Positions 40,090-54,997 of a stretch of DNA of 64,000 nt are shown here, in pieces. Below the pieces are notes generated by a model that saw only the letters and a list, made by a program, of their open reading frames with translations, searched no databases and was not told the origin of the DNA. The DNA is from Podarcis cretensis (lineage: Eukaryota), in assembly GCA_951804945.1 (NCBI GenBank), contig OX638164.1, positions 5,704,001 to 5,768,000 on the forward strand, given 5' to 3'. The first letter of the stretch is position 1; each line of letters starts with the position of its first letter. The translations under genes and the position numbers were made by a program.

Positions 40090-41300
40090 AAGCCTGAAAG
40101 AGGCAAGTTGCCCATTCTGGATGGGGTTGCACTCCTTCTGAAGGAAAAGGTGTACAGCTTGAGAGTTGTTGTTGTTACCTCACCCATCTGACTGGGTTGC
40201 CTCAGCCACTCTGGGCGGCTTCCAACAAATTATAAACCCACAGTAAAACCTCGAACATTAAAAACTTCCCTATAGCAGGCTGCCTTCAGATGTCTTCTAA
40301 AAGTCGGATAGCTATTTATTTCCTTGACATCTGACAGGGACGGGGTGCGCATTCCATGGGGCGCCACTGCCAAGAAGGCCCTCTTCCTGGTTTCCTATAA
40401 CTTCATTTCTCACAGTGAGGGAACCACCAGAAGGCTGAATGCTGGGGGTGGAGACGCTCCTTCAGTTAGACAGGGCCAAGGCCGTTTAGGGCTTTAAATG
40501 TCAGCACCAACACTCTGAATTGTGCTTGGAAACATACTGGAAGCTAATCCTTTAGGATTGGTGTTATATGGTCCTGGTGGCCACTCCCAGTCACCAGTCC
40601 GGCAGCTGCATTCTAGATTAGTTGTCGTTTCTGACACATCTTCAAAGGTAGACCCATGCAGAGCGCGTTGCAGTAGTCCAAACGGTAGATAACCAGAGCA
40701 TGCACCACTCTGGCGAGACATGTCTGTCTCTAGGAGCCCAAGTGTCCCCTGTGGCTAGGAGTCCCTTTTGCCAGGTCTGTCTGGTTCACCAGCTATGTCT
40801 TTTCCTGGACAGGGATAGCCTGACCACTGAAGTCAATGCATTAGTAACCCTAAGCCTGGATTCCTGCAACATGCTCTATGCAGGGCTGCCCTTGGGCCTG
40901 CTTTGGAAGCTCTAACTGGTGCAGAACGCAGCAGGCAAATTGTTGATAGGGGCACATGGCTGGCAAGGTGTGGCACCATTATTAAAACATCTGCACTGGC
41001 TGCTCATCTGCTAGCAAGCCAGATTCAAGTTCCTTGTATTGATTTACAATGCCTTGAATGAGTTAGGTTCAAGGTACCTTAGGGACTGCTTGAACCCTTG
41101 TATCCCAGGCCCATCACCAGGTGAGCAGCTGGTCATTCCCCAAGTTGGAGAGGCTCATCTGACAGTGACACAAAAATGAGCTTTTAATGTCAGTGGACCA
41201 GTCCTGTGAAATGTTCTACCAACAGAGATTCAGCAGGCACTTTCTGTTTTAACCTTTAAATGTCTGCTGAAAACTTTTCTATGCTACTAAGCTAACGCAG
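40090..41300 (+). mobile_element. L2 LINE 3' region interrupted by an oppositely oriented L2 (~40170-40720)
   Basis: Outer frame LDGVALLLKEKVYSL resumes as AQVSPVARSPF...DRDSLTTEVNALVTLSLDSCNMLYAGLP...LVQNAA. The inner minus-strand piece is an L2 3' end. Confidence 0.8.
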
Positions 41301-42799
41301 GCAATTAAGAAAAAAACAACTTTCTGTAACAGTTGATGTTCTCTGACCTTAAAATTTTATGCGGTTTTTACTCTGTGTGTGTGTGTGAGTATAGGTTGTA
41401 AACCACTTATGTTTTTAAAACGAATAGCGGTATACAAATGTTTTTATAAATAAGTGGTAGAGTGAAATAGTTTTTTGGTTTTTTGTTTGTTACATTTCTT
41501 TCCCACCTTCCTCCAAGGAGCTCAAGGTGGTGTACTAGGTCCTTGTCCGAAACTCTAACCACTATACCACACTGGCTATCTAATGTACCACTTCCATACG
41601 TGCAGGGTGACATTTTTTATTGCTTTCCATCCTATGTATTTAAAAAAAAAAAAAACACACCCTATCACATGAAGGACAAAACTACTATCCCTAACTGATC
41701 CCCAGCTGTTCTAGTGTTCTTCCTGCAGATTTTTAGGATTTTTTTTTTAATGTGGCACCCTCACATTTGATGTACAGTGAGCCAGTCCATTCTATTAGCA
41801 CAGCACTAACTTAGGTCCATCAATTTCAATGGGACTCCCTTTCAGTAAATCTTAGTTGGATGCTGCCCACCAAAATGAATTGAAATGACTAACATAGCTC
41901 CATTAACTTCAATGAGTCTACCCTGAGTAGGATTTAGCTTGATATGGCTCAATGAGTCTCCTCTGCATAGGACTAACCTTGGACATCACCCAAGAACACT
42001 GTTATTGAGATTGAAAAGTTTAAGATGGAAGAGTGCTTGAAAATGTATCAGATCAAATAAAACCTTCCCCAATCTGGTGCCCTCCAGATGGGTTTGGACT
42101 ACAACTCCCATCAGTCCAAACCCATCTGGAGAGCACCAAGGTGAGGAAGGCCAGAGTAGATTGATAAAACAAATACTCCTGCTTCTCTGCGGGTGGAGAG
42201 AGACGCAAACTCTTAAGGAGGGCAAATGTTTGGCAGTATTTTGTTCTGCCATCAAAACACATGCATATGTTCCCTGCTCGGTTCTCCCTCTCTCCCCCTC
42301 CCTCCCTCTCTTTCTTCCTAAGGTAAGCTCTATAAAAGCTCAATATTTCTGCTCGCTTTCACTGTGTTTGGCTGAGTACACTGACTTTGAGCCTGCAATT
42401 GCAGGAACTTTACTCTGAACGTCTCCCAAACTTCTTTTTCAACTATAACATATATCACGTTATGAACCGGGAGGCCAGGGGGTGAAAATAATAAAAATAA
42501 ACTAAAATGAAATAGAGTAAGATGTGAATAATATTTTTTAAAAAAAAACAACAAAACCAAGACAGCGCTGTTGATAGCTTAGCAGGGGCCGGGAAATCCT
42601 CTGTTTAAGTTACTAATTACCTCTGATGTCAAGCAGAAAGCAAATCCCTCAGATGATTTGGAGAAAATGAGCCATCGAAGTACAAAATAAGAAAAAAGAA
42701 ACGCGTTTGGAAATTTTGGACAAATATTTACAGACCCGGTTTGAGATGCCCTGGAGTTGCTCCCTTATTCTACATGCGGCACAAACCAGAGTGAATGTG

Positions 42800-42895
42800 C
42801 AGGGCAATCCTATGCACATTTACTCAGAATCAAGTCCTACTGTGACCAAGGGGACTTACTTGCAAGAAACTGTGCACAGGACTGCAACCTTTTAA
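42800..42895. repeat. Short palindromic MITE-like repeat (PIF/Harbinger Chompy-like), representative copy
   Basis: gcaatcctatgcacatttactcagaa...gggacttact...gtgcacaggactgc. Relatives near 1357-1452, 7140-7200, 28035-28135, 41810-41985, 45757-45845, 47130-47225, 48745-48820, 54120-54215 and 55605-55685. Family assignment from memory. Confidence 0.5.
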
Positions 42896-43017
42896 TACAG
42901 AACAGAGGTGTGTGTTGCTGCTAGGAACAACTCCCCCCCCCCCGAAAAATACTATATGCATAGAAAAAATTTTTTTTTAATGCATTAAATAATTGCTATT
43001 TTAAAGTGCTTTACTTA

Positions 43018-43170
<153 letters not shown>

Positions 43171-46100
43171 TTAACAGGAGAGAGAGAGAGAGAGAAATAA
43201 TTGGAGGTGGTGAGGGAAGCAGCATTATTAATTTATTTTAAACATTTCAATCCCACCTTTCCAAGATTCAGCATTTTTATTATTAAGTTTACCGTTACCC
43301 CCCCCCCCCCCGAGCGATGGATGAATTGGTCAAAGTAGGTTTCTCTCCATTTCTCATTTTTTCCAATCTTAAATTCAGTGTGCTGGATTTCTGTAACGGT
43401 TTGTGATTTATTTATTTACCAAAAGCCCTCACACGAAAATTTGTCAGCTTTTGTAGTACACATTTCCACTTTGAGGTTTGTTGATTTTTTTAAAAACAAT
43501 CAAGCGGTATATAAAACTTTATGAAATAAATGAATTTCTCCTAAGCTACACGTTTCTGTATGAGATTTTGGCAAACAGTTTTGCAAGCAGTTCTCCCCCC
43601 CAAATAGCATGAATTTTCGTACACCATTATTCGGTTGGGAAGCTGCGCTGCAAGTGCGAATTTCAAAGCGTAGCTGTTTTAAGCTTGAGTATTCTTTTGA
43701 GAAGCGCGTATTAGGTAGATGCACAAGAACTGAATTTATTCCCCAGCCCTATTCTCTGCCCGGCTAATCTCCGCATCTATATGTTTTCAGATCAACAGCT
43801 CTCCTTGTGGGGATTAAGGCGGATGTACCACCCAGGAAGCAAAGATAGAATTAACACCAACATGAAGAAAATATGGTGACATTTTTTTTAAAAAAAGTCC
43901 ATCCGTCCCCCACACACAGCAAAGTCAAGGTGTACATGTGTATATGCTGGCCCCAATCCAGCACGAGAGATTCATGTATAGGAGAAGCTTTCCTCTCACA
44001 TAGCTAATGCAGATACTTGCCCAGGCCAAACTGAACATGGTGGTTTGTCTTTTATTTATTTTAAATACGTATGTTCCACCTTTCAACTGCAGGAAGCTTT
44101 GAGGTGGCTGACAGAAACATCACTGTAGATGCAATTAAGCCATAAGACCTGTTAACAAACCCACTGCAGTAATGCAGAGAAAATACTATTAAAAGCTAAA
44201 GGGTAGGGGAGCCCTGTATTTGGTTGTTGTTGGGAGAGAGCCCAACAGAGGGGTAAAGGGCTGATTACAGTGATAAGGCACCATGAACAAAAAGGCCCTG
44301 TCTTTGCCTCAGAAAGAGTGAGGATCCTTCTGAGAATGTGGGGGGGGGGCACACACATCCTTATTTCTGTATTATTACATTTATAGGCACAGCCTCCCTT
44401 TCCTCCAAGGAATACATGGTTCTTCCCCCTCTCCGTTATTATCCTCACAATGTCCCAGGGAGCCAACTCTGGCTGAGAGATAGTGACTACCCAGTGAGCT
44501 ATGTGGAAGGGTGGAGATTTGAACCCTGGTTTCCCAGGGTTGTACCTAAGGCTTATTACACCCCTGGCCCTTTAATTCTCTGCCAGTAAAGCCAATGACT
44601 CTCAAAGATCTTGGATGTTGAAGGCTCCCTAGTTCACTGCAGCGAGTTAGACTACACTGTCTGTAGCTGTTACCTGAAGAGTTTGGAGTAGGAAAGACTT
44701 TCTTTAGTATGGGAATTAGATAAAGAGAGATAGATGCCTCTTCCACCCTAAAGGTTCCTGCATTAGGTGTTTTTGTTTTTTTAATACAATCTTTTCTGTA
44801 ATTTGGGATCTATTCCTAGCAGTGGTTGCAGGGATGTTCACTGGAGGCACTGCCATCCGTAAGCCTCGGTGTTTCTGGGTGCCATAGAGAGCCATTGCCA
44901 TAAAAACAGAAGGGACTCTGCATGGCTGCGACCTACAAGCTCAGTGTGTGCACTTCAGAGCTGAACTCCAAGGAAGTTTAACTCAGAAACATAAAACCCA
45001 CAGAGCACATTTACTTTCACCCAAAAGCCAAGGGCATAGAGGACTGCAGCTTTTTTCCTTTTCTTTAGGCATTAGCAGTGTCCGTCCAAACAAAAGCGTG
45101 AGGCACTGGGGCATCGGTGTGCCTACATATGCTGTAACCAACAACAAAAAGTCTTCCAATAATTGTTTATTAGGTACAAAGGGAGAGAGGGGAGAGAGCA
45201 AAAAGTAACTGAGCACCAGGCTGTGCTGAATTAATCATCCCATTTAAATAAATAGGATTCCAGCATGCTTAACAAGAAATGTACCAACTTCTGCCTGTTT
45301 CTGTTTCACAAGCTTTTTCCTCATAATTCTATTCCATTCCGTTTCTGCAGTTATCTTCATTTTTAAAAATAAGCAATTGTGAATTTGCCTCTCAATATAC
45401 ATATATAAATGTGCTGAATTTTAATGCATTTGAATCATCAAGAGATTGTGTGGAAACTTTGAGAGAAATGTGAAATCTGGCGAACAGCCACATGCTTGAG
45501 TAAATCAAAATGCTAAATCACGGATGATTTGTTTATTTTAGAATTTTGCAAACTCCACCTCCCCCCTGAAAATAAAGGTGTACACTCATCTTGTTTGCAA
45601 TAATTATTTACACCCTCCCCTACTGCTTAACTTGGAAACAAAAATGTAGTAACATAAAGCTGTATACTGATCTTGTGTAGAACTGTAGTTTTTTCCACAT
45701 ACATTGGAAACAAAACAGTGCTAAAATAATGTACATTTAAAAGGCTCCCGGGGACCCTATCCAACTAAGTAATACTCAGAGTAGACCTGCTGAAATTAAT
45801 GCATATAGATTTCAATACATATATTTTGAGTATGACTAACATTGGTTTAATAAACAAATGTTTGAAACTGAATTTCTGAATTGCAAATTCATTGATTAAA
45901 AGGAAAGAACAGGATCAAATGAAAAAAAGTAGAAAACTGAGGAAGATTCCCCCAACACCCACCCACAATCAAGTTCTTTTTGAAAGCAGTAACAAGAAGA
46001 AGGATTTGAGCAATCACAGAGCAGATAGTAAGGAACTCTATCCTGTGAATCTAACTGGAACAAAAAGAGAGAAGAATTTGCTGTTATGAAACAAAAACTT

Positions 46101-46504
46101 CAAATTAAATCTCAAAACAAACTCCTCTTTTAAAGACTCGTAATCTTTCATAATACAGGGCAAAGGTTTCTTTTTTTTTTTTTTAAAGAGGAAAGGGCTG
46201 GGACAGTAACAAGCGTTTCTCAATTAAACCGACGGCAATGTAATCGATATGAGCAGTTTTGATACCAAGAAGAACATGAAGTCAGTTGCTATTTTGCACT
46301 CATCTGAGACTCCTGGCCTTCTTAGGTACTGTACTTTTGTTGGGAGGGAAATGCAAAATTATACTAAAAAAACCTCTTGCGTGTATGTTTAATCTGTAGA
46401 TTAGCTCCTGATGACTTTGCCTTTCCTCCTCCTCTGCTTGGTTCGAAGCCGGCAAAAGGTCTCCACCCTCTTTAATGTGCTGTATGTAGTTGCGTCAAAG
46501 CCTT

Positions 46505-46572
46505 CCTCCTCCTCCTCCTCCTCTTCTTCTTCTTCTTCTTCTTCTTCTTCTTCTTCTTCTTCTTCTTCTTCC
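46505..46572. repeat. (TCC)n(TTC)n compound microsatellite
   Basis: Direct reading. It produces the poly-E, poly-S and poly-L spurious ORFs. Confidence 0.95.
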
Positions 46573-46589
46573 TCCCTATTTCCTTCTCC

Positions 46590-46965
46590 AACCCATATCT
46601 CTAGCTCGCCCCCTATATATCTCACAGTGTGCCCCCATCGCACTTGACCGACCTCTGATTCACCCTTTGCATCAAGGCCTCGTCGCTCTACAATCCTATC
46701 CATGATTTTATTATTAACTTAAGTGCATTTGCTCCCTCTTGCTCCTTCTTATCTTTCCTCTTTGATTTCATATTATTGTCCTCCTCAATTGCTCCCTTCC
46801 TTGGCTTCATTCTTCCTTTTCAAACCACGGATTTCCACTTCTCCGTCTCAATTGCCTGCTTTTTCCCGGGTTGCGCCTTGCGTTCTGAATGCTTTGCCAG
46901 CCGAGATCTGAGCCGCTCACTTCCTCCTATTCAGATGCTTGAAACTCATTTGTGTCAATAAAAAG
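46590..46965 (+). mobile_element. Old L2 fragment
   Basis: LAPSYLSSLI...AFSRVAPCVLNALP...LETHL resembles a degenerate L2 ORF2 C-terminus. Confidence 0.6.
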
Positions 46966-49900
46966 TATTACCAACCATTACTTTTAGGTTCATTCTAAAC
47001 AGACGGGCACAATTGTCCGCATAGTCTGTTTTCAGGAGAACTGAATGTTCTAATATAATCATTTCCTCCCACCATTTTACGTTTCTCCTTTTCTCTTTTC
47101 TATGTTTCTATGTTTTCTCTTTGGAAAATTTAGGCTGTAGTCCTATCTATCTATCACCCGGCTGTAAGCCACATTGAACTCAATGGGACCTACTTCTGAG
47201 TCAACATGCATAGCATTGCACTGTCAGACAGTCAGTTCTGGAGCAAAGTGTGGTTTCTTTTAAATCTCTTTAAAGAGCCTCACTGTGGTATAATGATTTT
47301 GATGTTGATGATAATGATAATGGTACTCCTACCAATAATAAAAATGTCATTCCTACATCTATCTATCCGTTGTTATTTCATACTTATTTATAAATGTCTA
47401 GCAGACTCTGGAGGAAGGTCAGAGATCATTATTTAGCAAATTAAGGTTGCCTACATAGACAGGCCAGCTCAATCGACTGGGCTTCCTTCTTAGAATGTTG
47501 TGATCCCCGTAATGCTGCTTCCTTTGGGACTGATGTGCTGCACTGCACTGCACATAGTGTGCAGAATTATTAGCTGCTACTCCCAATCTCCACACACAGA
47601 AAGAAGTAAAAGGGAAACTTTGCAGCAATGTGCCTCAAAGCAGATGTTCCTTTGGGGGCTGCCCTGAGGATTTGCTTTTGCATGTCGGCAAATTTTGAAT
47701 ATGCATCTGTCACTCAGTTGAGGACTTACCACAATGTTCCCCATATGCAGATATTAGAGCTAACACTGGTTGTCTCCTGCACAACACAGCAACGTATGGG
47801 TCTCTAGTGATAAGGTTATATTGTTTGTGGTCTGACTGTGTTCCTAAACCTGTGTTAAAATATTGCCCTGACCACCATCCTCTAACATTATATTAGAAGT
47901 AGAGACCATCTAATAACGTGAGCATATATTGTGGGCTCAGGCTAAAGCAAACAAATTAAATACAACTGGATCCAGCCAAAATTAAGCACTTTGAACCCAA
48001 GGATGGATTAATCTGTCAGATTCTGTTTCTCTTATTAATTTATTAAATTTGTTATTATTATTTTTTATAAATTTGTATACCGCCTTATAGATCTCAGGGT
48101 GCTTCACTATATCTTGCCCAAGGCAGTCCCAAGCAACTTACAGCCATTAGTTTCTCATTTGTCCAACCTTAAATTCAGTTCTCCCCATTTCCACACCATT
48201 TGTGATTATTATTTTTAAACCCTCTTGAAAATTTGTCAGTGTCTTCATGCAAACTTCTGCTAGCGAACAAATTTTTGCATGCAGTCCTGACCAATATACA
48301 CATTTTTGAAAGCAATTTCCCCAGACGTAATGCATGTTTGTATGAAACTTTCACCGACATATGCATTTTTATACATGCCATTCACAGGAGAACTGCATTG
48401 CAAAATTCAGAGAAGTGCAAATGTTGAAGGACAGCTGTGTTTCGGTTCACATATTGCTTCAGAAAGTGAAAATTAGGTAATTCCTCATTAAAATTAAACA
48501 AGATCAAATTTATCCTCCATCCCTAATTAATATATCCTGCTGATTTCAATGGGAGGATTAAAAGATGCTTAAATCTCTTGAATGGAAACCAATGGCGCTT
48601 AATAAATTAATTTTGGCTCGATCAAACCCATAATCTATACTGTATTGGAGGGAGGTTCAAGTTCTTTGCCAATAGAAATAAAAAACCAGAATTCAGCTGG
48701 CATCGGTGGAAAGATAGGAGTAACTTTACGCAATTTTACTGCCCAACCCTATGCATGCTGACTCAGAAGCAAGGCCCAATGAGACTCACTCCCAAATCAG
48801 TATAACCTCACATTGCAACCTGAAGTCCTCCAACACTATGATTTTGTATTATGAAGTCTGAGTGCTCTTTTTAAGAAGAACATTGCTTTTGAAAACAGAT
48901 TATCAACTAAACTACAGTTGTCTCTCAGTTCTAAGGCTACTACTACTACTACTAATATTGTACTGAGCACCTAAATCATTAGCCACCGTACAATAGGTTT
49001 AAAGAAAATCTAATCCGGAAGGCATCCTAGGAAAAGTAAGTTGTGCGCCTAACTTTGACATCATTTTCCTCAATTGTGTATCACTCTTCAGTCAATAATC
49101 TTTCACCCTCTCATTCTTTTTCTTTTCGGGGGGGGGGGGATGACACAGAATAAATGCCACATTTCATGGCCAGATGAGGGGGGGTGCGCAAGGGAAAGCA
49201 GAAGAAAGCAGGGGCCTCGCCTGTTTACAAGAGCCTGAAAAGCACTCAAACATAGAAAAGCTTCCCTGAATTAAAAGGTTTAGATCATTAACTTGTTTTT
49301 CTGCGTCCGGCCAATACTGTGAAATGGTGGCTTTTCTCTTGAGGAGGAGGGGGAGGAAAGGAGAGGAGGGAGGGAGGGGGGATACTTAAAAGGGAGCTAT
49401 GTTTGAATTAGGTTCCTAAACAGCAGCTTGCGCTTTGGAGAGATATTATCCAAGTCCCACGGCAGAAGCGTCCAAAACTCAGAGCTGAAATGCAACTGCC
49501 CCCCTTTTTTCCAAGGAAGAATAACAAGGCGGGAGAAAAGGGTTCCTCACAGGAAGCCGTCTGAGAAGCTATAATGGTGCTTCAGATGGATTGAAGATAG
49601 GAAAAGGAAGGCAAAGGAGGGGGGTTCTTAGTGAAGGCCTCATCTTCCTAAAGACACTCAAGGCTTCCTTTACCCCCTCTCTCTTTTTCGGTCATTTAAT
49701 ACGGCACATAACCATTACCTTGGATTTCCTCCCCCTGCCCCCACTTTTAATGTTGGTTTTCCTATTTAACGCCCCAGGATTCCAGAATTGCAGCTCATGA
49801 CAAACTGGGAAGAGTTTTGCTATGAGAGGTCTGAGAATGAATTTTAAAAAGAGCTGGGGGGGGGGACAAAATGAAACAGCATTCTTCTGGGCTGTTGTGA

Positions 49901-51380
49901 ATTTCTAATCCAGTGAATGACAAAAGGAGTATGAACCGATGCTTATTTAAATTCATGCATTGTTTGAAAAAGGAAATAAACTAAAAAATATATTATTATT
50001 ATTATTAGCTTTATTTATGAATTACTTCCCACGAGGCATCCTGAAGCGAATTACAATACAATAAAAACATACACAGAACTTTAAAAAAAAAAGGTTTGTG
50101 TGTATATATTTTAGAATAGCACTCAAGCTATTATATTCATTCCCCTACTATACTACCCTGAAATCATAGAACAGATTTTTAATTAGCTCCTTTTTCATTC
50201 TTGGTTCATAAAGAATATGTCTGCATGTTGTGGTTTAATTAGTGACATTTTGTCAAGAGAAGGTCTGCTACCCTTTGCAATAAAGGGTCAATTCCACTAT
50301 CTGTAAAGTTGCTGTATCTAAAAGAAGGCAAGATACAGATACCTGGAATGGTTTCCTGATGGCACTTAAACAAAATAAAATACATTACAATAAAATAGAC
50401 TGAATTTCAAAGATCCAACTGCAAAGGTAGCTTAACATGCCTTGTCCGTGAAACATACACTTCAATTGTTATGTTTCTGTGGATGCAGTGAATGGTTTAA
50501 ATGATCGAGATAATTATATTTTGTACAGTATACATCAAATGATGATCTTGGATATGCTCGATGGCTCAAACACATACATTATCTATCTATTTCACCTCCT
50601 GGCCCCGAATACAAACAGAAAAAGACTCTGAGCAACTACAAATAGGAACGTTCTAAAAATATGCTTCTCCCCATCTCCTCCTCCCTTTATCCCCCTTTGC
50701 AAATGCACCCAGTTTGCTCAAACTCAAATGCCATATATCTGTCGAGGTCCAGCAACCTGCTACAGGAATAATTTGCAGGGATGCATCTCAAATTAAAACA
50801 CAGCTCCATCTACGTGTTGGTTTATCTATTTGTGAGCTGGCATTCTGGAGAGCAAAAGCTTCCACTGTGTATTGCCCTCCTCTTCTTGCAGGAGATAACA
50901 AAAAGGGACCTTTCCGCAGTATAATTTGCACATAGATAACAGCTCCAAAGAGCTAGACTAGGTGTGCAAATGGGGCGGCTGCACGTTACGACAGCAGCAA
51001 TGTCCACGCAAGGGGTGAGGAGGCCCTTCCTTCCGCAGGTGCCTTATCAGAGGTGAGCTATGTAATGATAAGAGAAAGGGCCTTTGGGGGCATCAATGCC
51101 CTGTTTATGTAACACTCTGCCTTTAGAGCCTGGCCAAGCAACCATGTCACAATCCTTTATCTCAGCCAATGATTTTTTAGTATTTTAAAATTGTGTGTCG
51201 ACGTAGCGTGGCAAAGTGGTTTTGAGTGCTGGACTAGGATCAGGGAGACCCAAGTTCAACGCCCCATTCAAGCATGAGGCTCATTGGGGTTGATCTTGTG
51301 CCAGTCACTGTCTCATTCCCTAACCTACCTTTTGTGGGGATAAAACGGGGAGGGAGAGAAGCCTGATAGTCAGATAGATA

Positions 51381-51856
51381 AACAGAAAGGACTATAAGCT
51401 GTTTTTATATGCAATGACGGCAGCAAGAATATTATTGGCACAAAAATGGAAGCAAGAAGAATTACCGACGAAAGAAGACTGGAGGATGAAATTGATGGAC
51501 TATGCAGAATTAGATAAGCTAACAGGAAGAATTCGAAACCAGAGGGACCAGAGATTCACAGAAGATTGGTGTAAATTTACGGACTATTTGAAAAGTAATT
51601 GTGATGACCAGATTACATTTGTAGGTTTGCAAGAAGTTTTGTGAAGTGAATAATTTGAATTATTGAATAATTGGATAAAAAGGGAGACATTAGTTAAGAT
51701 AATTAAAGGCAATATGAATGCAGAAGAAATGATAAAAATGGGGGATCATCACAGGTGTTGATGGAAGTCCAAAAAGATTGTATAAGATGTGAAATATGGT
51801 GGTATGTATGACAATTAATATGTTGAAAAATGAATAAAAATTATATATATATAAAA
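51381..51856 (+). mobile_element. L1 3' fragment, a different subfamily from the large L1
   Basis: ORF 51414..51644 TAARILLAQKWKQEELPTKEDW is the ORF2 C-terminus. AATAAA plus A/T-rich tail. 16-bp TSD GATAGTCAGATAGATA at 51365-51380 and 51857-51872. Confidence 0.92.
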
Positions 51857-52997
51857 GATAGTCAGATAGATAGATAAATGTCTAATAGATAAATAGATAC
51901 ACAGATGGACAGACAGACATTTTCTGTTGCCGGATGTTGAAAAGCAACCAATACGTGAATAATACGTGAATAAAACAAAACAAATAAGTTAAAACTAAGG
52001 AATTAATCAGTTCCAAACAATAATTATAAAAAAATAATAAATTATTGAACTGTTCCTAAAATTCAGAGATCCCCTTTGAAGCACTGACTGGACTAAGGAA
52101 CTGAGTACTACAAGATCAGGAACTACTTAGGGAATAATACGATGAGTGAAATCCAATGGTGTCCATCTGCCAAAAGAACACATGTTGTTGGCCGACAGGA
52201 TTCTCCCTCTTCCCTGCAGCCCCCACCCCCCAGCTGGCATGCTCCAAAACCTGCTCCAGAAGGTTTAGGGAGCCTGCTGGTACCTACCTCTTGTGCACTG
52301 ATGGCTGTTTTGGCAACAAGGATCCACACTAACTTCTGAACTTTGGAAATCGAGGGGATGGTCGTATTTATTTGTTTTAAATGAAACTTGCCCAAATCCA
52401 TATAGTTAATCAATTAGTCTAACCAGTTAATTGCCTTAACAGCTGCAACCCTCATGTGGATATATTATATACATATTATAGGCATGCAATAAGAACAGTG
52501 CATAAAACAGCCAAGCGGCACTTCATCCAACAAGACAAGGATGCAATAAATCACAGAAATTTAAAAGGAAAGGCCGGGTTGCCAATGTGTCATACCTCCC
52601 AACTGTTTCTGGTAAACACATCCACACCTTTTGTATCTCTCTTTTGTCCTTGGGTAAGATATGTGGAGATACATTTAAAAACATGTGCTAAGAGTGCAGC
52701 GCTTGCATGTGCTAGCCTTTTTTCCCCCATTAGTGTTGCCTCCCTCCCTCACATGCCTAAAACTGCAATTGCCTGTTATTGCTGTTCTATAAGAAGCACA
52801 ACGAGATCTTCTGTGACATTAAGTATTTTTCAGGACTTTGTGTGTGTGTGTGTGTTTTCCTCCCAAATGGGAATCCCACCATGCTCAAAACTTCCAGAGG
52901 GGCAAGTTACGTTTGTCTGTTGAAGCAGAACAGAAGAGTTGTGGGGAACTTTAAAGACAAGACAATTTATTACAGCAGAAGTGTTTGTGGATGAGAG

Positions 52998-53317
52998 CAG
53001 GGGCGAAGCAAGGTGGGTGTGGTCCGCCCTGGTTGCCACCTCCGAGGGGGGTGACAAAATGCTGTGCGGCAGTCAACGTCTGTGAGAGACGCTGTGAGGC
53101 TTCCCGCTGTCAAAACAGTCCACCCGCTGGCTCTCCCTCAGCTCTAGGGCGGCAGGCAGCCTCCTCGTTGTAAGGCTCCCCCCAAAAAAGCTCAACAACT
53201 GTGGCTCCCCCCCAAAAAAATTGAAATAAAGTCAAACCTGGCAAAAAAAACCCACACCAATGTTGGCAGGGGGTGACAATAAATTTTCTGCACCGGATAC
53301 CACTTGCTTTGCCACTG
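52998..53317. mobile_element. hAT element inserted into a Penelope-like fragment (~52920-53340)
   Basis: TIRs caggggcgaagcaag / cttgctttgccactg. TSD gatgagag / gactagag. The host rejoins as ...gtggactagagtccacttcatc, resembling recalled reptile Penelope terminal sequence. Confidence 0.7.
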
Positions 53318-54952
53318 GACTAGAGTCCACTTCATCAAAGAGCTAAAGTAGAATGAATTGGGAAGTTTGTCTCTATTGGTTTGGGCACGAATAGAAGCCA
53401 GAGCTTTTGGTCCCGCTGCAGGGGTGAATTTATCTGTGTTCTCACCAGCTGTTGCTGCTGTGTAAAATTGCTGTCCTTCTCTTGGTATATATTAAAGCCT
53501 TAACTGAACTGTCACAAGCTGTAGCGTTTGGTTTTCATTGCCATTTTGCCCAATGCTCACACTTCTGTCTCACACACATAACTCCCCCCCAAGTGCACAC
53601 GCCCACTGCAAATAACATTTCACGCATCTGCTAAAGCGTACGACGTCACACATATGTTGGTCTTTAAGGTGCTTCAAGACTCGTCGTTGCTATGTTCAGT
53701 TCACTAACACAGCCTGCTTCAGGATACCACCCAGGACAGGTAAACATTGCAGGATAAATGAACACATAACACAACTGGTAGCACAAATCCTTCCACGGCG
53801 TGTTGTGGCTCAGTTGGCAGAGTGCATGCTTTGTTTGCAAAGGATTCCATGTTCAATCCCCAGCATCTCCTGGTATGGCTAGGAAAGACTCCAGTTTGAG
53901 ACCACAGAAGCATCACTCCCTGGCAGAAGAGACAACACTGATGTTGCACTGAGACTCAGTGTAAGACAGCTTTCGATATGCCTAAGAGTGTTGGCAGGTG
54001 GGGCAATGGCACTGATCTGAGTGAAACGTTGGGAGGGGATACAGGACACATATAGCGATAAAAAAGTTGTGTCCCACTGAGGTCAACAGTGTTTGCTTCC
54101 TATCAACTGTGTTTAAGGGTTGCAGCCTAACAGCAGCATCCTACGCATGCCGGCTCAAAAGGAAGTCCTACTGAGATCCATGAGGCTTAGTCTTAAGTAA
54201 GTGGGCAGAACACAGCCGCTGTAAACCTTTCTCTCTCAGTCAAGTTTGGGGAGGATCTGAACAAAAATAAAAGTAGAAAAAAGGGAAAGGTAATTAGGGA
54301 GAAACTGGGAATCTTTCATTCCTACAAACTGTTCTTCATCTACAGAATGTGAGCTGAAGATAGAGAGCTGAGGGAGAAATTTGACCCATTTTAAAAAACA
54401 AAAAACTACTGAATTTGCACTTCTTGGACCAATACGTAAACTGAAACGGCATTATCCTTCAAAATTCACACTTCTCCAAATTTTGTGATCCAAGTCTCCA
54501 ACCAAACACTGTGTGGAAAAATGCAAGCATTTGTGAAAATAATACATAAATGATATTAGGGAAAATGACTCGCAAAAACTGTTAAAACTGCATTAAAAGG
54601 TATATATTAGGAGAAATACGCATTCAAAGGCAGACAAATGTTCATTTAAGGTTTTAAAAAATTGCAAATTGCTGTGAAAATGTGAAGAACTGTATTTAGG
54701 GATGGAATAATGAGAAACCAGGAGAAACTGAAATTGACATATGTGTTCAGACCCTATTCAGGGTTGGTGCGGTTTATTAAAAAAACTTTCTTATTTTAAA
54801 CATGAGAGTAAAGTTTACAAAGCCATAGTAACCACTTCTGAATCATAATCTGATTCTATTCATAGACATTTATTCCAAAATATGCCATCATTACTTGCAA
54901 AGCTCAACACAGCTTACAGAGATGAAAAGATATTCATTCTCAGGTGGTTTTT

Positions 54953-54954
<2 letters not shown>

Positions 54955-54997
<43 letters not shown>

